NCBI GenBank assembly: GCA_047967505.1
Contig: CM106538.1
Source: Dipteris shenzhenensis
Taxonomy: Eukaryota
DNA length: 64,000 bases
Direction: 5' to 3' (one strand)
Part shown: positions 22,701 to 34,700 of the stretch, one piece after another
How the letters are laid out: each line of letters opens with the position of its first letter
How positions within the stretch are numbered: position 1 is the first letter of the stretch
Program-made: the position numbers and the translations under genes
Notes under the pieces: model-generated
Databases searched by the model: none
What the model was told of the DNA's origin: nothing
What the model saw: the letters and a program-made list of their open reading frames with translations, nothing else

Positions 22701-25700
22701 CCCGACTGTAAGATGTGGCATCAACTGTTTCTCCTGCATCATGCATTGTGAGTTTCAGCCCCGGCTCCATGGGAGTGGCTATGGGCTTACAATCATGCAT
22801 GTTAAATCTGTCCAAGAGTTTCTGCACATACTTGGACTGAGACATAATAGTGCCACGTCTCTCTTGAGAGAACTGGATCCCCAAATAAAAGTGAAGCAGT
22901 CCCAAATCTGACATGTCAAAGGTGGTCTGCAAATCAGCTTTGAAATTTGCAATTTTATCTTCATTGGACCCTGTGAGCAGTAAGTCATCAACATAAAGAA
23001 GGATGACTAAAATTTCCCCCCCATCCATCTTGATGTAGAGGGTGCTCTCAGTAGGACTATTGTGCAGCCCCTTGCTGGTCAAAAAGGCATGAATCTTGGC
23101 ATACCATGCACGAGGGGCCTGTTTCAGCCCATACAAAGCTTTGTTTAGCTTGCATACCTGAAGTACATTTGTTGTAATTTCAAAGCCTGGAGGTTGTTTG
23201 ACATACACCGCTTCCAGCAAGTCTCCATTTAAGAAGGCTGGTTTTATGTCCAACTGATGAACATTCCACTCAAAATGTGCAGCCATTGCAATAACAGATC
23301 GGATGGTGGTCATCCGGGATGTAGGAGCAAATGTCTCCTTTTTCTGAGCATAGCCTTTAGCAACCAGCCTTGCCTTGTATCTGTCAATGGAGCCATCTGG
23401 CTTCCTTTTGACCTTGAAAACCCATCGTGTGCCAATGGCATGTTTACCTGGTGGCAAGTCTACAACATCCCAAGTCTGATTTTTTTCAATGGACTGCAAC
23501 TCATCGTGCATGGCATTCATCCAATGCACATTGTCCTTTGCTTCTTCGAATGTTGCAGGCTCCTGCTCATCAAGAAGAGTACCTGCATATGCTGATTCCA
23601 CTGAATTAGCACCTTCCATGTGCCTTGCTGCACTGCGAGTCCTGCCAGGTAATGGAGCATCAATTTTACTCTCCCTGAGAGTCTGTAACAGCCAGTTTGG
23701 GACTGTTTTTGCTGCATGTATGTCTGCAATTTCTTGCTGCACCACCTGTTCCACTGCCTGTGGAGGTGGCAAGACATCTTGTGGTGGAACTGAAGCATCG
23801 GAAGGTGGCTGTAAAGTCTGATTTGCATCAGAAATATCAGCAGGGGAACCCAAGGCAACGGGTAGCAACCCCTCAAAAACATCCTTTGAAGAAGAAGGCA
23901 TATGAAATTCAGCCTGAGTGTGAGCTGAATTTTCTGCAAATATCACATCTCTACTGACAATGATCTTGCGTGTAGTAGGATTGTAGAGACGGTACCCCTT
24001 GCTTTCTGCACTGTACTCAACAAAAATGCACTTAATTGCCTTATTTGACAACTTGTGCCGAAATTCAACTGGCACATGAGCATATGCAAGGCATCCAAAG
24101 ACTCGGAAATGATCCACTGAAGGCTTTCTCCCATTCCAGAATCCAGACCTCATAGGGAGTTTTTGTTTTCAAAGCCTTAGTGGGAGCCCGCTTTAAAATG
24201 TAGTTGGCACACATCAGACCTTCAAGCCAGAATTTGGGAGGCATGTGTTTGCTTTTCAGCATACATCTGTCCATCTCTATAAGAGTTCTATTTTTCCTCT
24301 CAGCTTTGCCATTTTGCTGAGGGGTCAGCCTCACTGTGAGCTGATGCACAATACCCTTGCCTTTCAGAAAAGCATCAAAATCTGCAGACAAGTATTCCCC
24401 ACCTCTATCTGTGCGCAATGTCTGTATCTTGAGTCCGGTTTCATTTTCAACCATGGCTGAAAAATGTTTAAACACCATGAACACTTCTGATTTGCGCTTT
24501 AGCCCAAAGACCCAAGTGAAATTGGAGTAATCATCAATAAAGGTAACAAAGTAGAGATGACCACCCAATGATGGAGTCCTCATGGGACCACAGACATCAC
24601 TGTGTATAAGCTGTAATTTGCGGACAGCTTTAATTGAACCATCCTTTTTGAAGGGGAATCTATGCATCTTGCCTAAAATGCACTCTTCACAGGCATGTGG
24701 AGGAGGTATCTCAAGAGGTGGCAATGCATCAACCATAAAGTGCTTCTGAAGTGTCATCAAGCTGTTATAATGCATGTGGCCATATCGGGCATGCCATAAT
24801 TCTGCATTCTGCATGGCAGCTGGAGGGGTAGACACTGCAAGAGCATGGGCTGCTCTTTTCTCAAAAAGATCAAGCTGAAAAAGCCCACGCAGCAGAGTAC
24901 CAGATAATCTTAAGGCATAATCATGCACATTTGTCATCCTCAAAGATGACCTGAAATCCAGCTCTGTTAAGAGTGGACACTGAAAGAAGATTTTTGGTGA
25001 TACCAGGCACACATAAGACATCTAAAAGTCTGAAAACTGAGCCATCAATGGCAGTAAGCTCAACTTCTCCTGTGCCACGTACTGAATATGATGAGTTATT
25101 GGCACAAGTGACTTTCTTACCAACGGGAGGTGGATGCAAGGAAGTAAAAAGACACTTCCTAGGAGTGATATGCTTGGATGCACTGCTGTCAAAATACCAA
25201 GTGTTCAGTGTTTCATTGACACTGAAAGCAGATGCATCCGTAGAAGAGTCATAACTGCAAGTTAAAAATGCATATGTATCATCATTACAAGTGGCTGTAC
25301 TATCCCGAGCAGCCAGCCTAGAATCTGAAATGCAAGATAAAAAGGCATAATCCTGTCCAACAAAGTTGGCTGCAGCATCCCCACTGTCAGATGCATGAGG
25401 AGCTGAATCTGAAACAGCCATACCGGAGCTGTTTTTCTTCTCTTTTGCAAGCCTTTTCCTGCATTCTGCAATGTGATGACCTGGCTTTTTGCAGTAATGA
25501 CAAAAACCCTTCTTCTTGGGCTTACTTGCATCATTTTTAGCCTTTTGTGAAGGCTGTCCTGACCCACTGGAAGGCTGATTTACTGATGTCTTTGCTTGTC
25601 CCTTTGTTTTTGACTCAAACTTTGAGAGCATAGCTTGTTCACCTACACGTGAAGCCAAGTTTTTCCTGGTCTGCTCTGCCTGAAGCAAAAGTCCTATCAA

Positions 25701-28700
25701 CTCATGAAAAGTGAGAGGATTTGCACCCCCCCTCAATGATAAGTTCAGCGAGGTATGAAAGCTGAGATAAGACTCAGGAAGAGAATTCAGAGTGGTAGTA
25801 GTCATCTCTGAATCAGGAATAATCTCATCTATGTTCAATAATTGCTCTCTGAGATCTTGTAGTTTTGTGAGGTGGACTGACATGGAGTCACCCTCTTCCA
25901 TATGTGTATTACTTAACTCTCTTTTCAAGAAGGATACCCTTGCATCATTCCTGGCTGCATACATGCTTTCTAAGATATCCCACGCTGCCTTCGAGGTCTT
26001 ACACGACCGGATATGCGGAATGATAAATCTTTTCACTAAAAGAGAGATGCATGACAAAGCTAAGGCATCCCGTGAATCCCATCTCTTCTACTTTGGACTA
26101 GTGGCTATAGCTGCACCAACAACTTGTTCTCTGCAGCTGCACCCTGTGCACGACCTCTTCCACCTCCTTGCTGAGGAGGGGTATTAGGTGCCATACCTGC
26201 TGGTCGGATCTCACCCCCATTAACATAATCCCATAAATTGCGAGAAATCAGAATATTGCGTACCATAAAACTCCAAAGGGAGTAGTTGGTACCATCCAAC
26301 TTGTCTTCCTGTGAAAGACCACCGAACTGGAAGTCATTCTGATTTTGTTGGGCCATATCTGAGAAAGAGATTTAAGCAGATACAAAACTGAATTCCCTTA
26401 CTAGGAATGAAATGCACAACTCCCAAAAAACACAGCCAAGCACTGGCTGTAAATGCAACTCAGATTTCTGCACTTGCACTGTCAGAAATCTGTCCAACCA
26501 TCAAAAACTCTCCAGAATCTGCCAAAAGTGCTGCAAAACACTTCCAGAAAGGTAGTATGAACTGAAATCTCCAAAAATTGCTCTCCCAACACACAAGCCC
26601 CAAAATAGGCCCGAAATTGCAATCGGAAAGGGGCAAATTGATCAAAAGCCCCAAATGTTGCAAGAATTGCGCTCAGTCTGCAAAAGCCCCGAATTTCACT
26701 GTGAAATTGCAGTGTAATTACAAAATCCCCAAATTTCTGCAAGAAATTGTACTGCAAAACTGAAAGCCCCAAATTTCGAGCTTGAAATTGCAACCGGAAA
26801 GGGGCATAAGCACAGAAAGCCCCAAATTTTGCAATTTCAGTAGAAAGCCCCAAATTTTTGGGCTAAACCTTTGAATCTGCTTGCAATGTCTGCTTCACAA
26901 TCAACTACAAACCCGAAGATACCCAAATGACTGCAAAAGACTACAAATGTCTGCACAAACACTACCAGATCTGTTGGTATGGTGACTGTACGACAGTGTA
27001 CTGATGGCCGTACTGTATAGTCGATGCAGGTTGGTGCCACACGTGTGGTACGGAATATCTGTACGCAGTTGTACGGAAGTAGGTACGATGCAGGAGCTGT
27101 ACGGCGGAAGCAGATACGTGAGAGATGTACGGAATATGGCGCATGGCTAGTACGGCGATACAACGTACGGCGCCACACGTTCAGTACGGCCTACGATCTG
27201 TACAGCCGTACGGTCGACGAGACTGGAGGTGCGAATGGCGATGACGCAGGTACGTTAGGGTACGGATTCCGTATAGTCGTACGGACTGTACGGACAGTCG
27301 TTTTTCTTGCTTCGAGTTGTACGGACGGGATGTAGCAGCATGAGCGGCAGTTGGAGCGTGGGCTGTAGGCTGGAGCTGAACGAGGAAGGAGTAGGGAGCA
27401 GGATCAACCTGCTGTGATACCAAATGTGAGAGATTGCGGAGAGAGAGAGAGAGCAAGAGAGAGTGAGCTAGAGAGCTGAAAGCTTGAGAGCTGAGTTGCA
27501 ATAGAAGAGTGTAAAAGAGAACAACTTAAAGAGTAGAGATAAGGTTTTGTCCTAGTGACAAAACCTTAGTAGTCACTAACCATAGTTAGTGAACTAACTG
27601 CGGTTAGGGGAAAAAACCTCTTAAAGAGGGAAAAGTGCCCCTAACTAGCTTATTAAATTACATTGGTCACTGCTGAATTATATCTATAATTCTAGCAATG
27701 CCATCCTAGATGAAGCTTGTCACGATCTGTGACGTATTCCTTTCTCTATTTCTAGACTTATGGATGGTTTGATGAATGGACACTTGTGGAAGGGTATGCC
27801 CTTTCGACGGGACACTTCCTATGAGGCACAACCCTTCACAAGAGACATTCTATTGAAGAGACATTCCTATTGTAATGTACCCTCTCATCAAGGGTCACAC
27901 CCTTCACAAGGGGTACACACCTCTTCATGCACATACACTTTGGAGTACACACCTTTTCATGTGTGACTCTTCACTCTCTATATAAGAGAGGCCCAATTGT
28001 ATGGATGACACTACAGCTACACTACAGACACTCAAGCAATACAATTATTCCTTGTTCTCTGCTATTTCAGTCTCCTTTCTGTTCCTTAGCACATTTCTAA
28101 ATATAGTAAATCTAGGATTTCTTTCAGTGGTATCAGAGCAAAATTCGCTCCTGCCTGTAGGAAATGCCCCCCACCTTCTAGCGCCGATCTGATACATCTT
28201 TTTCGCTAGAAGGATATCCGTGCACATTGTGCATGGAAGAGATGGAGAGGATGAGCGTAAAAATTTTTTGCGCCCACCCTGCCTAAAGTCATCTATGGCC
28301 TCTCCATCTCCCACACATCACGAGTTGATGTGAATGGACACGACAAAAATCGTGTCTTTTCAGGTGCTTGGGCTGTCCCAAAACCAAGGGACGCACCTTT
28401 TCCACCATCGGACACACCTTTTGATGAAAAGTCTCGACTCCTCACCCAAGGGACACACCCCATCATGGACAAAAGGACACACCTATTCATGTAGGGACAC
28501 CCCTTTTAAAAACAGGGACACACCCCTTCATGAAAAGGTGCACCTATTCCAAGGGTCACACCCCTTCGAATAGGCACACCTTTTAGGCACCAAGCACTTA
28601 TAAAAAGGGTACCTAGAGGGGTTAAAATGGAAAACCCAGCCCCAAACCTTAGGTTTACCCTAGCTACCCAAGGGTTAAATAAACCCACCCTTTAATTTTT

Positions 28701-31700
28701 GGGCAACCACCCCATGTAGGCAGCCCAAACGAAAAAAAAAACAAAAGGGATGTACCTTTTCAACGCTCTAAAGATTTTTCGTCAAATCAGGTTGGTTTCG
28801 CTGCCAGCCCTTGCTTGCGCCATCTCGCTGCCAGCCCCTGCTCGCTGCCAGCCCTGCTTGCGCCATCTCGCTGCCAGCCCCTGCTCGCTGCCAGCCCTGC
28901 TTGCACCATCACGCTGCCAGCCCCTGCTTGCACCATTTCGCTGCCAGCCCCTGCCTCGCCATTTCGCTGCCAGCCCCCTCGCCATTTCGCTGGCAGCCCC
29001 CTCGCCATCTGCAGCCCCTAGTCTCGCTGGTTTTTCGGCCCTGTTTCCTGCCAGCCTGCAGCATGAGCACAGTGCCAGCCAGCCATTCTGCCGCAAATCA
29101 GCCTGCAACTAGTTTATTCGCCATTAGCCTGCTCCCCTTGGTTCGACACCTTTTTCCTGCCAGATCAGCAGCAGTTTCAGCTTCCTATCGCGATGAAGAC
29201 AGCCTGTTAAATGCCAGGCCCAGTTCTGCTCCTTCGCCACCCATTGCAACATGGACCTCCGGATAGAAATCTGCAGGCCTCTTCTACGCAACAATTTGGC
29301 AGATTAAATCATTGCCAGGTGGAGTCTTTCCATTATGCTTTTAAGGATTCTCTTGTCATTATCAAATTACAGCAAATGAAAGACGCTCCCTTAAAGCATA
29401 GAAACCCCTGGTAATTCACCCGACATTTCAAGGACACCTCAGGCATCATCTACCACACAATATCGTGTTCAGATTGCACAACCAGCCCATTTCGGAGCTT
29501 TTGCATTGTGGGTTTTCTGTGTCACGTGCCCTCCTAGTGATTTGGACCACATCCTATACCTTTTGCGTGAGGCACCTCAGTTACATTACTTCCTCAGCAC
29601 AGTACAGGTTGTGTTCCACGAGACACGAAGATACCCAAAACCCGATATTCCTCAAGAATTTGCTGTCCATCTTTGGAGAGAATTTTACCCCTCACCTTCG
29701 GCATCTCCAAGGTACTCTCTACCTCCTTCAGCTCCCAGATATCCCCCTATACAGGTTGTACCTTCCCCAAGACAATATTTACACTCTGAAGGCACTCCTT
29801 CTCCTGGATTTCCTCCACTTCCGACAGCAGCTTCTTATCTCTTCTCAGATCTGTGGACTCTCCAAAAAAGACCCCTGAAGTCAACGTACAAGGCGAAACA
29901 CTACTGCAACTTCAAATTTCCCATCTTCAGGACAGCATCTCCGACTTGGTCCAGAAAGTCCAACAACTTCAAGATTCTCGTAGTACCACACATACAGAGG
30001 ATGACGTGACGCAACCAGACGACTATGCGGATTCATTCCCACCAGAGGTAGAAAACACTGAACTACGTGTCCTCTACCGTTTACTTCAAGCTTCCAAAAC
30101 TAAAAGACTTGACATCAAACTTTCAGAAGCCTACACTGGTCAACGCAAATCGCCGAACAGTTGACCAATGGCTCGCAAAAATGTGCATGTATTTTGATAC
30201 TGTTGACCTCACTGAAGGAAAAAAGATCGCCTTGGCAGCCTCCCTCCTTAAGGATACAGCTTTCCTATGGTGGCAAAGACGCTTAAAGGACGGCAAAAGT
30301 GTGTTAACATGGGAACGTTTTGAACACGTGCTCCGTAAGCAGTTCATACCTGCCAATGCGGACTTCTAAGCACGATCAAAACTCCGACAGTTGGAGCAAA
30401 CAGGCTCCCTGTCTTCCTACATCTCTCAGTTCACCACATTGGTGCTGGAGATTGATGGTTTAACTGAGGATGATCACCTTCATGCTTTCATCTCAGGCCT
30501 AAATCCCTCGTTACGCATTGATGTCCTTAAAGCAAACATCACCACCACAGCTGGCGCTATTGCTTACGCAGAGCGCATTACAGATTTTCAAAACACAGGG
30601 AAGCAGAGTGCTAATCGCACATAGAACTCTACTATGGCCAAAGGTGCTCGCCCTCAAGATAACACCAGGTTTCGAAAAAACTCGGGTAATCAAGGTCAGC
30701 GACAGTCTCAAGATCCCCAAAAGACTTAGAAATCATATGCTGGATTCCAATAGAAGCACTCCTCCAAGGATCGCGCCTCTTCTTCTTCACAAAGTCATTA
30801 CCGACATCCCCAACATAAAGGTGCGGCCACTGACAAGAAGAACAACTCCAGCACAAAAGGACTTTGTACCATCTGTATAGGCGACCATAGATGGTTCGAT
30901 TGTCCCAAGCGACCAAAGCAAAATTCCAATATGGAACCTAGCACTTCCGAGAGAGAAGATGCTACCCCAGCACAAGACAAGAAAGGCAAAGCTGTTCGTA
31001 TGGGAAATACCATCCACCTGAGCCTTGCCAGCAACCCCGAACCTTCCTTGGCCACTCAAGTACTTTGTGTTCAAGGATCGATTCATGGAACAACGGTCAC
31101 TATCCTCATCGACAGTGGCTGATCTCATAATTTCCTAGCTAGTTCTATGGTCGACAAACTTCGGTTGACCACCAGTCCTAGTCTCATGGACTATCAAATT
31201 GAACTCGCAAATGGAACTACTTTCTTGTGCAACACCAGGATCAAAAACTTGTCTTTTCGCATCCAACATTATACGGACAAGTTGAACTTCGACATCATGT
31301 CTCTTTCTCGGTACGATGTCATACTTGGACAACAGTGGCTCTACGACTATGATCCATCAATCAGTTTTTGCAGCCATACTATCCAGTTTGTCCACCAGGG
31401 AAAACTTATTGAGCTAACTGGTTCTAGGGACTCTCCTTTAACCCCAGTTGCCTCTGCCCTACAAGTAAAGAAGTGGGTTCGTAAACGTCAAGTAAAGACT
31501 TCACTTCTGTTGGTTACGGCAATAGAGGAGACACCAACAAAGGATCCTCCTGAATACCTCAACCAACCTTTTTTCAGCCCTACCTGGATATTTTTCCACA
31601 GGAATTGCCAAAGCAGTTACCCCCTCGACGACCAGTGGATCATCCAATCGAACTTATTCCCGGCAGTAATCCACTGTCGAAACCTCCTTATCGGGTGTCT

Positions 31701-34700
31701 TACACTCAAAATGAAGAAATCCAAAGACAGGTGACCGAACTACTCGACAAAGGTCACATTCGGCCCAGTCGCGCAGCCCTTTCGGATCTCCTGTACTACT
31801 TGTGGAAAAAAAGAATAAGTCAATGCACCTCTGCATCGACTACCAAGCCCTCAACAAGCTCACTATAAAAAACAAGTATCCATTGCCTCGCATCGATGAC
31901 CTCTTCGATCAACTTCTACACGCAACACAATTCTCAAAGATTGATCTTCGTTCAGGTTATCATCAAATTCGCATACGAGAAGGTGATGAGTATAAGACAG
32001 CTTTTCGAACAAAGTATGGACACTATGAATGTTTGGTCATGCCTTTTGGGTTAAACAATGCCCCGGCCACATTCATGACACTAATGAATGACATCTTCAG
32101 GCCTTTCCTCGATAAGTTCGTCATCTTCTACCTCGATGACATCCTCGTTTTCAGTAGATCCCTACATGAGCACAAACAACATCTTCACCAAGTTTTTGAA
32201 GTTCTCCATGCAAATTCTCTCTACATCAACATTGAGAAGAGTGAGTTCTTCAAGACCCAACTCGAATATTAGGGACATGTTATTTCCGCTCAAGGCATTT
32301 CTGTGGATCCCAAGAAGGTCGAGGTAATCCGAAACTGGCCTACTCCTAAGACTGTTCATGATGTCGGCTCTTTTCTCGGATTCGCAAACTTCTACCATAC
32401 AAAGGTCTATCAGTTTTCTGAAATCGCAGCTCCTATGTCCGAATTATTGAAAAGCACAGCAGTTTTTCAGTGGCTTCCCGAAACAGAGTATAGTTTCCAA
32501 CAACTCAAGCAAGCACTCACTACCACACCAGTTATGGCTATTGCTGACCCAAACCTTCCGTTTGAGGTCATGACCGACGCTTCCGACATCGCTACAGGAG
32601 CAGTCTTGATGCAAGAAGGTAGAGTTATTGCTTTTGACAACCATAAACATTCTGATATCCAAACCCGATACCCGGTTTATGATAAGGAGTTTCTTGCCAT
32701 TGTACATGCTTATCGCTCTTGGAAACATTATCTCATGGGAGCCGACTCAGTGGTCAAGACAGACCATCACTCTTTAAAGTATATCTTTACTCAGCCAGTC
32801 ATGAATGCTCGACAAGCATGCTGGGTTGAGTTTCTGGCCAACTTTCACATGACCATTGAGTACATTCCAGGACTACGCAATGTAGTTGCAGATGCTCTCA
32901 GCAGGTTAACTCTAGCATCAGCTATGGTAATCTCTACATTATCTGTGGATGTTCCGAATTCATTCAAAGGAAAGTATTTCAATGATAAAGACTTCGGCAC
33001 AGCAGTACAAGTTCTTTGAAAAGATCAACCTTCAACTTTCGAACAGAAGATTTTCTCATCCTATTCTTATACGGACGACCTTCTGTACTATCAAGATTGC
33101 GTCTGTGTACCACATGACAAGGATGTTTGATGTCTTTTGTTAACAGAGCATCATGCAGTTCCTTATGCTGCCCATCTAGGCATCAACAAGACTTATAGGT
33201 TACTCAATGCAACATACTACTGGCCTCAGATGAAAAGCGACGTCATCAAAATGGTTACATCTTGCTTATCTTGTCAACAAATAAAAGCAAGCCGACGACT
33301 TCCAACATGACTTCTTCAGCCTCTTCCAGTTCCAACTGAAAGGTGGGAAAGTATTTCCATGGATTTCATTACAACACTACCACGATCCTTCAGAGGTAAC
33401 ACTCAGATTATGGTAATTGTTGATCGATTGTCCAAAATGGCACACTTTGTTGCTTGCAAAACCAGTGCACAGGCTCCGGACATTGCCAAACTCTTCATAC
33501 AACACATCTTCCGACACCATGGATTGCCCAAGAATATCATATCCGACAAAGATCCTAAGTTTACCAGTTACTTTTGGATTTCACTGTTCGAATCTTTGGG
33601 TACAACTCTACTGTTCAGTTCAGCCTACCACCTAGAATCAGATGGCCAGACTGAAAGAGTCAACCAAGTTCTGGAAGAAATGCTTCGACATTATATTCAG
33701 TCATGCCTAGCAGCTTGGAAAGAGTATCTACCACTCCTTGAGTTTGCTTATAATAACTCTTTCCATAGATGACTCCATTCCAAGATTGTACCAACGAATT
33801 TCGTACTTCAACATCGAGTGGCCCTAGCTGATCAACTGGTTCAAGAAATGCAAGACATTCTACTCCAAGTCAGGGATCATATGCGAAAAGCGCAAGAGCG
33901 GTATCAACGGTCTGCCAACAAACATAGACGTCACCTGGAATTTGACACTGGTGACATGGTGCTATTATTTGTAGCCCCACATCGCTATAAGACTGTTAAG
34001 TCTGTGTTTCCTAAGTTGCGACCAAGATACCATGGACCTTTCCGGATCGTCAAGAAAAATTCATCTTTAAGTTACAAATTGGAATTACCACCATCATGGG
34101 GTAAAATCCATCCGACATTTCATATTTCTTGGCTAAAGACGTACATTCCAGGCGATGAAGCAGTTCCTCCTGTAGGTGATTATGTCCCAGAAATCGAAGA
34201 CAATTATGTTCTCCTTATTCCTGAACGTATTCTGGACCATCGACAGCGAGAGACTCGACATCGACTTATCAGAGAATTCCTTGTTCTTTGGCGAGATCTG
34301 GACGACTCCGACGCTACTTGGCAATCTGATGAAGACTTACAGCAGTACCCTGACATTTTACAGCAGTATTTTCAAAATTTACCGTGATATTTTCTACATC
34401 AATTCATTATCTCCACCAGGGTCTTCTTTTGAGTGGGAGGGGATGTCACGATCTGTGACGTATTTCTTTCTCTATTTCTAGACTTATGGATGGTTTGATG
34501 AATGGACACTTGTGGAAGGGTATGCCCTTTCGACAGGACACTTCCTATGAGGCACAACCCTTCACAAGAGACATTCTATTGAAGAGACATTCTTATTGTA
34601 ATGTACCCTCTCATCAAGGGTCACACCCTTCACAAGGGGTACACACCTCTTCATGCACATACACTTTGGAGTACACACCTTTTCATGTGTGACTCTTCAC

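Larger units (their letters stand above)
21738..27697 (-). mobile_element. Full-length Ty1/copia LTR retrotransposon, 5,960 bp, TSD ATGCC
   Basis: 273-bp LTRs at 21738-22010 and 27425-27697 (about 6 differences). ATGCC at 21733-21737 and 27698-27702. PBS TGGTATCACAGC (iMet-like, 27411-27422); PPT about 22011-22020. Confidence 0.97.

Noticed and set aside
28750-29266. Repeat array that could look CRISPR-like, and Cys/Ala/Pro-repeat ORFs
   Set aside because: Eukaryotic retroelement leader; spacers are short and themselves repetitive; no cas genes.
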